DNA of 37,711 nt from Anaerolineaceae bacterium 4572_78 (GCA_002084875.1 NBMH01000001.1:1-37711), one strand, 5' to 3'. Positions 27,694-37,462 are shown, counted from the first letter of the stretch. Notes: generated by a model from the letters alone, not told the origin. Numbers and translations are program-made.

Positions 27694-28703
27694 ATGTACC
27701 TGGCACCATTAAACTACGACCGTTTTTTCAAGAAAGTTTTTCCGATACACGTATCGCTCAACAATTTTTGGAGGACTTTTTGGAAGTTACCATTACAGAG
27801 CTCAAACCACTGTCTAAAGAACATTATGTAACAGATGATTCCTCGCGGGTTGAGTTCGATTTTCGTTGTAAAATTGAAGGACGGCATGTCATCGTTGATA
27901 TGCAACAATGGTACAAGTCTGATATTGTACAACGTTTTTATCTTTATCATGCTTTGAACACAGGTTTACAACTGGAGACCTTGCCCGAAAAACGATTGAT
28001 TTTTGATAAGGAAACGCAATTACTCAAACAAGTCAAAGATTATCGTTATGTTGAACCAGTATTGACCTTGATTTGGTTGGTTAGTGAAACTTTAGGCTTT
28101 GAGGATAATTATGTTAGTTTCACCATGGCACCTGAACTGGTGCTAAATTTTTTGAAAAATGAACACTTGTGGCACAATACTGAAATAAAGGATTTATTAA
28201 CCGAACGCAAACATATTTTATCTTTGGTAAATAATACTACCAAATACCTTGATTTTCTATCCCAAAATCGGTTAATATTTCTCATTCAAAGAAATATCGT
28301 CAAGCATCAAAAAGGCATGGTTTATGAACGCTGGTTCCATTTTGCCGAAAAGAGCCGTAACCTAGAAAATGTGGAGTCTGATTTTGATGAGTTTCGGAAT
28401 GATACCATCTTTGATGAGATGATGAGAAGGTTATCAAAAAAAGGCTTAGCAGATGAAGATTTAGTCTACATTGCCAGCGAGTCAGAGGTACGAGCCGAAA
28501 TGGCTCGTTGGGAACAAGGATATTTTGAGGATGGTTATAGGGACGGTTACAATTCAGGTCAAATCAAAGGTCATGCCGAAGGTCATGTCAAAGGAGAGCA
28601 TAATAAAGCTATTCAAATTGCGGATAGCTTGCGAAAAAGGTGCATGTCGCTTGATGAAATTGCGGATATAACAGGACTCAGCCCGACCGAAATTATGGCA
28701 TAA
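27694..28703 (+). CDS. Rpn-family PD-(D/E)xK nuclease (TIGR01784-type 'putative transposase'); N-terminal 16 codons are in a different frame from the body (frameshift at the T5 run 27737-27741)
   Basis: A strong RBS AGGAGG sits 7 nt before ATG 27694. That ATG encodes MYLAPLNYDRFFKKVF, the conserved family N-terminus (...DYAFKKLF). The main frame continues SDTRIAQQFLEDFL...VEFDFRCKIEGRHVIVDMQQW (family E/D...E-x-Q core). One additional T in the run would make the product contiguous. The track ORF 27540..28703 has a spurious N-extension overlapping the kinase gene. Confidence 0.6.
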
Positions 28704-28734
28704 ACCCCTACCATGCTATTTTGTGACAAGATAA

Positions 28735-28862
28735 ATTGGAGCGTCAAAGCTTGCTTTGACATGAAAAAGCAAGCTTTTTCGCTCCATAAATATCCCAAGC
28801 CATGTTTTTTGTTTTAGCATTAAACAGCCCTAATTGTAGGGGAGTGGTGATGGTGAAACGTT
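28735..28862. repeat. Composite intergenic repeat (hairpin AAAGCTTGCTTT-gacatgaa-AAAGCAAGCTTT, GCATTAAACAGCCC box, GGGGAGTGGTGATGGTGAAACG tail); collinear copy of 8735-8920
   Basis: It is near-identical over ~90 nt with 8738-8862 but lacks the 33-nt insertion found in that copy. Confidence 0.7.
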
Positions 28863-28880
28863 TTGATTTAAGAGGTTTCT

Positions 28881-31800
28881 ATGACAAAATTTAAAACATG
28901 GCAACAGCCGCTAACTATGCGAAAAAAATTAATTTTCGTTTTTGTTATCATGGTTCTGACACCATTGGTGATATTAGCATGGCTCAATAACCGAGCCACA
29001 CATGCCGCACTAACATCGGCTGCCAATCAAACCATGTATGCGGCCGCATCTGAAAGTGTGACTGCATTAGACACTTTTATACATACAAATATTGGTACTG
29101 TTTATGCTATAGCTCAACTGCCCCAAATCGTCGAATATGTGCGTTTGCCTGCTGGCGAACGTCTAGGAATGAAAAATATCCGTGACATATTTACCACTCT
29201 GAAAAATAATAACGCCGACACGTTGACCTATATAATTCTCGATGAGAATGGTAAAATTATCGTTGTTGGCTATGGGTCAGGTGAATTTGGTATTGGCTTT
29301 GATAAATCAGAGCATGATTATTTTAAGATACCTTTCGCAAACGGCAAACCATTCATCTCAAGTGTACAATTTTTGTCGGATGAACAACCTGTTTTATATT
29401 TCAGCACACCTATTGAAGATGTGGTTGGTAATATCATCGGTGTATTAGTTCAAGTGTATGATGCCACCGTTTTGCAAGACTTGATTAAACACAACAAGGG
29501 TTTATCTGGAGAAAATGCGTTTGTTGCTTTAGTGGATGAAAATCAATTTTACTTAGCTCATAGTTCCCGCCCCGAAAATATGTTTAAGTTTGTACATAAT
29601 GTCGACGATGATACATTATTACAACTTTATCAAAATGAGCGTATCCCCGATTTGGAAGATAAAGCCTTGTTTCTTGATGACTCCACACTCAAACAAAAGT
29701 TAATAGAAAGCACAAATAAGTCCCATTTTTCAATCGCCGATATTACCCCTGATGGCAAAGTTCATCAAGCTACAGTGGCAAATTTAAGAATGTTGCCATG
29801 GTCTGTTGTCTTTTTTCAACCTCAAGATGTCTTTCTAGAACCTGTCTATGAACAAACACAAACCGCAATTATTGTAGCTGTGGTGATTATTGCCATAACA
29901 ATTGGCATTGCAATTATAATAACTGGATTTTTGGTGGGTCCCATTGTTCGTTTAACCAGCATTGCCCAACAGGTCGGCAAAGGTAATTTAAGTGTTCAGG
30001 CACATGTCGAGTCGGGTGATGAAATTGGTATCCTAGCAGCAACATTTAATAAAATGATAAATCGCTTGGAAGCACGCATCAGTGACCTGACACATACTCA
30101 AGAAGAACTTAGGCAATCTAAACAAGAATTGGAAGTGAAAAATAAACGGCTTAAGGAGATGGATAAACTTAAAGATGAATTTTTGGCAAACACATCTCAT
30201 GAACTACGCACTCCCATTAACGGTATCATCGGCTTGACCGAGTCCATGCTTGATGGAGCAACGGGAAGGCTTACTTCCGTGCAAAGCAGAAATCTATCCA
30301 TGGTGGTCATGAGTGGACGACGTTTGTCGACATTGATTAACGATATCCTTGATTTTTCTAAGTTGAAACACCATGCTCTTACTCTACAAATCAAACCCAT
30401 TTATTTATATCCTCTTGTTGATATAGTGCTTGCTCTATCTGAACCACTTGTAATAAGCAGACCCATTGAATTGATAAACGACATTGACCCCGATATTCCA
30501 GCAGTGTACGGCGATGAAAATCGAGTTCAGCAAATTTTGTATAATTTGATTGGCAATGCTATCAAATTTACCGAAGTCGGTAAAATTACTGTGTCAACTG
30601 TTGTTGGTGAAGAATACTTGACCGTTGTTATTGAAGATACAGGAATTGGCATTTCAGATGAAAATCTACCACTTATCTTCCAAGCATTTGAACAAGCGGA
30701 TGGCTCCATTGCTAGAAAATACGGTGGGGCAGGTTTGGGCTTGGCACTGACCAAACAATTAGTGGCATTGCATGGCGGGGAAATTCATGTCGACTCACAG
30801 GTCGGAAAAGGGTCAAAGTTTTATTTCACCTTACCAATTTCAAAGGGATTATCAGTAGACTCAAACACCTTTTTTGACCATCAATACGAAAAAGAAACGG
30901 TAGCCTCGATTTTAATTAATGACGATGAGGTCATGATTGAACATAAAACGCTTGCTCCTGTTGAAGGAGAATTTCATATTTTAGTTGTTGATGATGAGCC
31001 TGTTAATTTACAAGTTTTAATCAATCATTTGTCATTACAAAATTATCATGTCACCGCCGCGGCAAATGGCTTAAAGGCATTGGATTTAATTAAAAATGGA
31101 CAGTTGTTTGATATTGTCGTATTAGATGTGATGATGCCACGCATGTCAGGCTATAGTGTTTGCAAGGAAATCCGCCGTCACTATTCAGCTATAGAACTTC
31201 CGATAATTCTGCTCACTGCTAAAAATCAAGTAGGCGATTTGGTTACAGGTTTTAATTTGGGTGCTAATGATTATCTGGTCAAACCATTTTCTAAACTCGA
31301 ATTATTAGCTCGCATAAAAAGCCATCTACAACTAAATGACATGCGAAGACTCAATGCGAGTAAAGATAGATTTTTTTCAATCGTAGCCCATGACTTAAAG
31401 GGACCATTTCAGCCATTACTCGGCTTAACGGAATTGTTTCCACTGATTATTAAAAATAATGCATCTGAAGATGAATTAATAGAAACGGCAAATACTGTCC
31501 ATGCCTCCGCTCAGAATGTATATAATCTGCTTGAAAATTTGCTTAAATGGTCACGCTTGCAACGTGGACACATGTCTTATGAACCAGCAAAACTCAATCT
31601 GCATGAAATTGTGCAACAGGCAGTTACTTTACTGACAGGTAATGCTATGGACAAAAATATTACTTTACAAAATGCCGTTCCAAAGGGCATGTTTGTTTAT
31701 GCCGATGAAAACATGCTTTATACCGTCATTCGTAATCTGACCACCAATGCCCTTAAATTTACCCCAAAGAAAGGCTGGATTACTATAAAAGCTATCATGC

Positions 31801-32210
31801 TCAAAAATATGGGTAACTCCTCTGATAAGTCTGTTTTTCACAAAGAATTTGTGGAAGTATGGGTCATAGATACTGGCATCGGCATGACTCAAGAGGTGAT
31901 GGATAAATTATTTAAGATAGATGTGCATCACAGCACTGTTGGCACAAACAAGGAACAAGGTACAGGCTTAGGCTTGATTATCTGTCAAGAGATGGTCAAA
32001 AAAAATGACGGGGAAATTTGGGTTGAGAGTGAACCAGGTGATGGCACAATCGTTAAATTTACTGTGCCGTTTGATAGGTCGTCTCAACAAGATACCACTG
32101 TATCATCTCATGATGACATGACTGAAAAACATACAAACATGATTAAAGATGATAATGAAGAAAAAACAAAAACATGTATCCTGCCACCTGATGAAGAATA
32201 CAACAATTAG
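28881..32210 (+). CDS. Large hybrid sensor kinase: TM - periplasmic (d)Cache-like sensor - TM - HAMP - HisKA/HATPase - REC - second HisKA-like/HATPase module
   Basis: TM1 is LIFVFVIMVLTPLVILAWL. A ~300-aa extracytoplasmic domain follows. TM2 is AIIVAVVIIAITIGIAIIITGFLVG, then HAMP. Kinase 1 has H-box LANTSHELRTPINGI, N-box LIGNAIKFT, G1 IEDTGIGI and G2 GGAGLGLALT. REC has VVDDEP, VLDVMMP and LLTAK. Kinase 2 has H-box IVAHDLKGP, N-box LTTNALKFT, G1 VIDTGIGM and G2 GTGLGLIICQ. Confidence 0.85.
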   Translation: MTKFKTWQQPLTMRKKLIFVFVIMVLTPLVILAWLNNRATHAALTSAANQTMYAAASESVTALDTFIHTNIGTVYAIAQLPQIVEYVRLPAGERLGMKNIRDIFTTLKNNNADTLTYIILDENGKIIVVGYGSGEFGIGFDKSEHDYFKIPFANGKPFISSVQFLSDEQPVLYFSTPIEDVVGNIIGVLVQVYDATVLQDLIKHNKGLSGENAFVALVDENQFYLAHSSRPENMFKFVHNVDDDTLLQLYQNERIPDLEDKALFLDDSTLKQKLIESTNKSHFSIADITPDGKVHQATVANLRMLPWSVVFFQPQDVFLEPVYEQTQTAIIVAVVIIAITIGIAIIITGFLVGPIVRLTSIAQQVGKGNLSVQAHVESGDEIGILAATFNKMINRLEARISDLTHTQEELRQSKQELEVKNKRLKEMDKLKDEFLANTSHELRTPINGIIGLTESMLDGATGRLTSVQSRNLSMVVMSGRRLSTLINDILDFSKLKHHALTLQIKPIYLYPLVDIVLALSEPLVISRPIELINDIDPDIPAVYGDENRVQQILYNLIGNAIKFTEVGKITVSTVVGEEYLTVVIEDTGIGISDENLPLIFQAFEQADGSIARKYGGAGLGLALTKQLVALHGGEIHVDSQVGKGSKFYFTLPISKGLSVDSNTFFDHQYEKETVASILINDDEVMIEHKTLAPVEGEFHILVVDDEPVNLQVLINHLSLQNYHVTAAANGLKALDLIKNGQLFDIVVLDVMMPRMSGYSVCKEIRRHYSAIELPIILLTAKNQVGDLVTGFNLGANDYLVKPFSKLELLARIKSHLQLNDMRRLNASKDRFFSIVAHDLKGPFQPLLGLTELFPLIIKNNASEDELIETANTVHASAQNVYNLLENLLKWSRLQRGHMSYEPAKLNLHEIVQQAVTLLTGNAMDKNITLQNAVPKGMFVYADENMLYTVIRNLTTNALKFTPKKGWITIKAIMLKNMGNSSDKSVFHKEFVEVWVIDTGIGMTQEVMDKLFKIDVHHSTVGTNKEQGTGLGLIICQEMVKKNDGEIWVESEPGDGTIVKFTVPFDRSSQQDTTVSSHDDMTEKHTNMIKDDNEEKTKTCILPPDEEYNN

Positions 32211-32279
32211 CAGTATCATTTGAGGACGAGAAAATATTACTTGTGATTGAAGAATGCATGAAAAAACAGAACGAATAAC

Positions 32280-33314
32280 TTAATAATTTTTTCGCCACTC
32301 AACATAAACAACCCCGTACATAGTATCCGTAGGTACTTCCTTTTCTTCTGATAATACTTCGGCACCATTACATCCTGACGGGCCGCTTGACGAGGCATTA
32401 ACAATAGCTACTTTCCAATTACCTGGTTTTGCCCTACCATCTAACAGAATATCATAGTTTCCAGCTGGGTATACTCCCGCTTCACCTGATGGTACGGAAA
32501 CTGTACAAAATCCCCCATCAACTCGAACCCTAACGCGTACGCCATTGACAGGGTTACCGTTGACATCTTCAATATACCCTCTAATTTGGGTGATGGCTTC
32601 ATTAACTTGCGGAAATATGTTGTTGGTTGTGTACTGATATTGGAATGAAGGTGTTGATGTTGGTAGGGTGACAGGCGTAGAGGCAGGTAACGGGACAGAT
32701 GTATAAGTGGGAGGAGGATATGTGGATGTGGGAACTATAGCTTGTGGTGGTAATGTGGGAATCGATTCAGGGGAAACAATTGGAACATCATCGGCATTGC
32801 TGGCGGTGGTTACACTAGCAGCAATCCAAACCAAACCATTAATGTACTTAACTTGCCACCATGAACTACGAGCATTACGCCCCACAATTTCGAGACTCGC
32901 ACCTAAGTCTAACACTCCCACCAACTCATAATTAATACCAGGTCCAGTCCGAAGATTAACGGCAGTATTACTTGCCATGACCATTGCTTTTACAGAAGTA
33001 GGGGTAGGCAATACTTCATTTTCATTGTTGTCATTTTCGCCATCTTCATGTGACTCGGCAACCGTTGGGGTAACGGTATCGGTTGGAGAAGATAGAAGAA
33101 TTGGTAATGGAGTGGAGGTAAATGTAGCAATAACTATATGCTGTGTTGGGGAAGGGGTAAAGGTTGGTAATGCAGAAGTTGGAGTGCTTATTACTACAGA
33201 CTTAACTGTAGGAGTAGGTGACACATCGCCTGCTATTCGTATGAACAGTTGCGAAAAAATAATATAGTTTAGTGAAATCAATATGATTACAAGGCTTAGT
33301 TCTCTTTTTGACAT
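32280..33314 (-). CDS. Membrane-anchored Pro/Thr-rich protein with a bacterial SH3 (SH3b)-like domain
   Basis: N-terminal TM LSLVIILISLNYIIFSQLF. PT-rich linkers. The SH3b-like segment is VNLRTGPGINYELVGVLDLGASLEIVGRNARSSWWQVKYINGLVWIAASV. RBS GGAGGT. Confidence 0.6.
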   Translation of the reverse strand: MSKRELSLVIILISLNYIIFSQLFIRIAGDVSPTPTVKSVVISTPTSALPTFTPSPTQHIVIATFTSTPLPILLSSPTDTVTPTVAESHEDGENDNNENEVLPTPTSVKAMVMASNTAVNLRTGPGINYELVGVLDLGASLEIVGRNARSSWWQVKYINGLVWIAASVTTASNADDVPIVSPESIPTLPPQAIVPTSTYPPPTYTSVPLPASTPVTLPTSTPSFQYQYTTNNIFPQVNEAITQIRGYIEDVNGNPVNGVRVRVRVDGGFCTVSVPSGEAGVYPAGNYDILLDGRAKPGNWKVAIVNASSSGPSGCNGAEVLSEEKEVPTDTMYGVVYVEWRKNY

Positions 33315-33625
33315 AAATGTAATAGACCTCCAAGTGCCAGTTATACCAAAAAAGGGTTAGTTTTGTGAATACCATAAGCGGGTTTATGCCATAAACCCCT
33401 ACATTAACACTGTTCACAAATGTAGGGGTTTGTGGTACAAACCACATGGTTTAAAATTACAATTCTTACCCTTAGCAATATCTTCATGAAAATATCTCGT
33501 ATTATCTAAAAATATTATAGCATGTTTCGCCTAAACGCCAAAATTGGTTCGTTATTTTGGTATGTGATTCATGATTTCTAGTTTGGCAATTCATGTTTTT
33601 GTATTAAAAAAAATTTAGTCTAAGT

Positions 33626-33654
33626 TTGACAAAAAAAGAAAAGTAGTGTATGAT
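33626..33654 (+). promoter_or_regulatory. Putative promoter for tRNA-Leu (-35 TTGACA 33626-33631, 17-nt spacer, -10 TATGAT 33649-33654)
   Basis: A consensus -35 at exactly 17-nt spacing from a near-consensus -10, about 24 nt upstream of the tRNA 5' end. Confidence 0.45.
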
Positions 33655-33677
33655 ATAATTAAGTAAGTTAATATTTT

Positions 33678-33763
33678 GGGCCGGTGGCGAAATGGCAGAC
33701 GCAGGGGACTTAAAATCCCCCGGGATCATATCCCGTGTGGGTTCGACTCCCACTCGGCCCACC
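33678..33763 (+). tRNA. tRNA-Leu (anticodon UAA), class II with long variable arm
   Basis: Cloverleaf folded by hand. Acceptor GGGCCGG/TCGGCCC (one G-U). U8. D-loop with GG. Anticodon stem GGGGA/TCCCC with loop CT-TAA-AA. Variable arm hairpin GGGAT-cata-ATCCC. T-arm GTGGG-TTCGACT-CCCAC. Discriminator A, then CC encoded (no genomic A of CCA). Confidence 0.85.
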
Positions 33764-34005
33764 TTAAAGGGTACGGAATTATCAATTCTGCACCCTTTAT
33801 TTTTGACCACTATGTAACACGGACATCTTGTCTGTGACAGAGCGATTCAGGTTCTTTGGGAATCTCCCAGTATAAAATGAAAAGTAGTGCAAAAGATAAA
33901 TCTTTTGAACTCCGAAATTTTACTTTAATTCACAAAGAAAGACAATTCACTGCTTTCAGGTGAAAATCAAATAACCATTTTAACATATAAGCACAAGGAG
34001 GTGCT

Positions 34006-35628
34006 ATGAAAAAAGTACTATTAAGTGGAAACGAAGCAGTCGCTCGTGGAGCATGGGAGCACGGTGTTTCCATTGCTACAGCTTATCCTGGTACACCAAG
34101 TACCGAGATATTGCAAAATATTGCCCTATACGACGAGATTTATGCTGAATGGGCAACTAATGAAAAAGTTGCTTTTGATACCGCCGTTGGGGCAGCTTAT
34201 GCTGGAAAAAGAACCTTAGTAGCTATGAAGCATGTTGGCTTAAATGTAGCTTCAGAGGTTTTGTTTTATTCATCCTACACAGGAATTGATGCAGGTTTAG
34301 TAGTCATTACAGCCGACGACCCTGGCATGCACTCATCTCAAAATGAGCAGGATAATCGTCGTTATGCCAAATTTGCTAAAGTTCCCATGCTTGAACCTGC
34401 TGATAGCCAAGAAGCAAAAGAATTTGTCGGCTTATGTCTGGAATTGAGTGAGCAATTTGATACTCCTGTTCTACTACGAATGACCACGCGCACCTCGCAT
34501 TCCAAAGCAGCCGTTACGTTGGGTGAACGTCAGGAAATAGAACAGCATCCGTATAAAAAGGATGCTTCTAAACGAGCTATGATTCCCCTTTATGCCCGTA
34601 GGCGGCATGTAATAATTGAGGAACGGACAACACAACTTCGCCAATGGGCAGAAGAAACTGATATAAATCGGGTTGAGATGGATGACACATCGTTAGGCAT
34701 TATCACGGCTGGGATTGCTTATCAGTATGCCAAAGACATTTTCCCCAATGCATCTTTCTTAAAATTGGGTATGGCTTGGCCCATGCCTGAAAAACGCATT
34801 AGGGATTTTGCCAATTCGGTTGACCGTCTGATAGTTATTGAGGAACTCGAACCATTTATTGAGGAAAAGGTTAAACAATTAGGCATAAAAGTGGAGGGAA
34901 AAACGATTTTTCCTATCACTGGTGAATTCACGCCTGAAGTGGTACGAACTTCGGCTATAAATTATGCTTTAGGAGTGTTATCACCGTTAGATGCCGCAGA
35001 TTCACTTGGCTCAATGGGGTCAAGTATTGGGGTGGCGATGGGAGGTAGTTTAGCGGGAATAGAAAACAAGAAAAATATAGCTATTATTGGTGATGGTACC
35101 TTTTTCCATTCGGGATTGTCTGCTTTAGCTTCTGCCGTTTATAACCAAGTTCCAGTAACTATTATTGTTGTAGATAATCGTACCACAGGTATGACGGGGC
35201 ATCAAGGTCATCCAGGCACAGGGAAAACCCTACAAGGTAATAAGCATGAAGAAGTGAGTATAGCAAACGTTGCTAAAGCGTTGGGTGTACATCATGTTTA
35301 TGAAGTTGATGCTCGTAATTTGAAAAAGATGGAGCAGACAATTAGGCAGGCAATAAATTTAGATGAGCCTGTGGTTGTGGTAGCTCAAACTGTATGTGTA
35401 TTCGTAAGTTCTCATAATCGAGAAGCATACAAAATTATATTGGAAAACTGTAATGGATGTACATTATGTTTCAGAATTGGTTGCCCTGCGATTAGTAAAT
35501 CTGAAGAACGAGACCAAAAAACAGACCGTCCCAAAGCATGGATTGACCCAGTCATGTGTACAGGGTGTGGTTTATGCCTTGATGTGTGTGCTCGTCAGGC
35601 AATTGAAGAAGGAGAAGTTAAGAGTTAG
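34006..35628 (+). CDS. iorA: Indolepyruvate:ferredoxin oxidoreductase alpha subunit (IorA; TPP-binding, 2x[4Fe-4S] C-terminus)
   Basis: The N-terminus MKKVLLSGNEAVARGAWEHGVSIATAYPGTPSTEIL is typical of IorA/2-oxoacid:ferredoxin oxidoreductases. TPP motif GDGTFFHSG. C-terminal CNGCTLCFRIGCP and CTGCGLCLDVC ferredoxin clusters. RBS AAGGAGGTG. Confidence 0.85.
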   Translation: MKKVLLSGNEAVARGAWEHGVSIATAYPGTPSTEILQNIALYDEIYAEWATNEKVAFDTAVGAAYAGKRTLVAMKHVGLNVASEVLFYSSYTGIDAGLVVITADDPGMHSSQNEQDNRRYAKFAKVPMLEPADSQEAKEFVGLCLELSEQFDTPVLLRMTTRTSHSKAAVTLGERQEIEQHPYKKDASKRAMIPLYARRRHVIIEERTTQLRQWAEETDINRVEMDDTSLGIITAGIAYQYAKDIFPNASFLKLGMAWPMPEKRIRDFANSVDRLIVIEELEPFIEEKVKQLGIKVEGKTIFPITGEFTPEVVRTSAINYALGVLSPLDAADSLGSMGSSIGVAMGGSLAGIENKKNIAIIGDGTFFHSGLSALASAVYNQVPVTIIVVDNRTTGMTGHQGHPGTGKTLQGNKHEEVSIANVAKALGVHHVYEVDARNLKKMEQTIRQAINLDEPVVVVAQTVCVFVSSHNREAYKIILENCNGCTLCFRIGCPAISKSEERDQKTDRPKAWIDPVMCTGCGLCLDVCARQAIEEGEVKS

Positions 35629-35700
35629 GAGTTTGGAGGGACAAAGCTTGCTTTGTCATGTCATATTTTCAAACTTCCAAAATTATACACGGAGAAAATC

Positions 35701-36282
35701 ATGAAAAAAACAAACTTTTTCGTTGTCGGTGTCGGAGGACAAGGCACATTATTAGCTAGTAATATCATTGCTGAAACGGGTTTATATATTGGACTCGATG
35801 CTAAAAAATCGGAAGTGCATGGTATGGCTCAACGAGGTGGTATAGTCACTAGTCATATCCGTTGGGATGAACATGTAGCTTCGCCTTTGTGTGAGCCAGG
35901 CACGGTAGATTATTTCATCGCCCAAGAAATGCTAGAAGGCATGCGTTGGATACACTTTCTAAAGCCTGGTGGTACAGTGATTATTAGTCATCAGCATTTA
36001 CCACCCACATCAACGGTACTTGGCTCGGTTGTATATCCATCTGATGAAGAAATCATGACCAAGCTAAAAGAATGGACAGATAATATTCTGATGATAGATG
36101 CGGCTGGCATTGCCAATAAACTCGGTAATCTGCGGGTGTCAAACAGTATATTAATCGGAGCATTATCTTCGGTCATGGACGTATCCCCTGAAGACTGGTT
36201 AGCAGTTCTGACAAGTAGAGTGCCTGCTCGTCATAAGGAAATTAATCGTCAAGCGTTCTTAGCTGGACGTGCAGGAAAGTAG
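35701..36282 (+). CDS. iorB: Indolepyruvate:ferredoxin oxidoreductase beta subunit (IorB)
   Basis: FVVGVGGQGTLLASNIIAE...HGMAQRGG is the pyruvate/ketoisovalerate oxidoreductase gamma-type fold found in IorB. Start set at ATG 35701 with GGAG 6 nt upstream (the track ORF starts at 35653 without an RBS). It follows iorA directly. Confidence 0.8.
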   Translation: MKKTNFFVVGVGGQGTLLASNIIAETGLYIGLDAKKSEVHGMAQRGGIVTSHIRWDEHVASPLCEPGTVDYFIAQEMLEGMRWIHFLKPGGTVIISHQHLPPTSTVLGSVVYPSDEEIMTKLKEWTDNILMIDAAGIANKLGNLRVSNSILIGALSSVMDVSPEDWLAVLTSRVPARHKEINRQAFLAGRAGK

Positions 36283-37349
36283 AAGTCGATGTTACCTAAA
36301 TTTTGATACATTGGGCTGACAAACAAGTAGGTCAGGTTAATTTTAGTCGGGTAGGTAGATAAATGTCCATTTTCATCAGTGATATGAATCACATAAAATA
36401 TATCTTCCGTTAATAAACCACTTGTTGTCCAACTTAAGAAAACGGTTGAATCATCCCCTTCTATCAAAGTATTGTTAGTTGGAGATAATAACATTGGTTG
36501 CACGAGAAGGGGACGAGGGGTAAATGTTGGTAGTGGAGTAGCCGTAGAAGTAGCAGTTGGTGTTGGAGTAGAGACAGGAACGATTAAAATCTGTCCAACT
36601 ATTAGTGAATCGGGATTAATTTCAGGATTAAGTAATTTGATTTCATCCAAAGCGGCTCCGTATTCTGATGAAATACCCAATAATGTATCACCAGCCTGGA
36701 TGGTATAAGTAAATGTTTGACGGCGAGCGACAGGTTCAGGAGCGTTTTCATCATCTGATTTGTAATTGGAAGGAATTACAATTTTATCACCGATGTGAAG
36801 TATAGTTTGTGGGCTAAGATGTATGTTTACCGCTAAAATTTCATCAACGGACACGCCATACAGATTTGCCATGATACCTAGATTATCACCGCTTCGAACT
36901 TCATGCACAATTTGAGTAGGTGAGGGAGTAGGCGAAGGGATAGGTGTGTTGGTAGGCGTTTGTGTAAAAGTAGGGCGGGGGGTAGGTGTGATGGATGGGG
37001 TATAGGTGGATGTTGGTATGGAAAAAGTTGCAGTTGGTGGTAATGCAATAATGATTCTTGTTTTTGATGGAACTGTGTGAGATGGTTGTATCTGTAGGAG
37101 AAAATAAACGATACTGATAATAATAATCAGACTCACTCCTAAGATAACATTATCTACACCAATATTTTTACGTTGGGGCAATGCGTCAATTGGTTGTTGA
37201 CACATTATGCATGTGGTCGCATCTTGGGCAACTACCATGCCACAATTAAAACAGGTACGTTGTGTTTTTTGACCAGGCATGCGGACACCACACATGTTAC
37301 AACGTAATGTATTTGGTTCAAGGTTTGCACCACAATTTGTACAAATCAT
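36249..37349 (-). CDS. Membrane protein: cytoplasmic double zinc-ribbon - TM - Pro/Thr-rich linker - two LysM domains - C-terminal domain
   Basis: Four CxxC pairs in the first 55 aa (CTNCG...CNMCG...CFNCG...CIMCQ). TM IILGVSLIIIISIVYFLL. LysM 1 is VRSGDNLGIMANLYGVSVDEILAVN...GDKIVIP. LysM 2 is YTIQAGDTLLGISSEYGAALDEIKLLNP...GQILIVP. The 3' end overlaps the iorB stop by 34 nt (convergent). Confidence 0.65.
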   Translation of the reverse strand: MICTNCGANLEPNTLRCNMCGVRMPGQKTQRTCFNCGMVVAQDATTCIMCQQPIDALPQRKNIGVDNVILGVSLIIIISIVYFLLQIQPSHTVPSKTRIIIALPPTATFSIPTSTYTPSITPTPRPTFTQTPTNTPIPSPTPSPTQIVHEVRSGDNLGIMANLYGVSVDEILAVNIHLSPQTILHIGDKIVIPSNYKSDDENAPEPVARRQTFTYTIQAGDTLLGISSEYGAALDEIKLLNPEINPDSLIVGQILIVPVSTPTPTATSTATPLPTFTPRPLLVQPMLLSPTNNTLIEGDDSTVFLSWTTSGLLTEDIFYVIHITDENGHLSTYPTKINLTYLFVSPMYQNLGNIDFYFPARPAKNA

Positions 37350-37462
37350 GAGTATTTTGACCTAGGTTATAATTTGATGTTATGAAAACAAGATAAATAC
37401 CGCGACAGGATTCTAAAACCCTGTCGCTGTTTTGTGTTTAGTTAAAAAACACAACTACCGAA

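Noticed and set aside
33604-33810. 68-aa minus-strand ORF
   Set aside because: It completely overlaps the tRNA-Leu gene and its promoter, so it is spurious.
35453-35704. 83-aa plus-strand ORF overlapping the iorA 3' end and iorB start
   Set aside because: It is an out-of-frame overlap with the ferredoxin-domain coding region of iorA and has no independent support.
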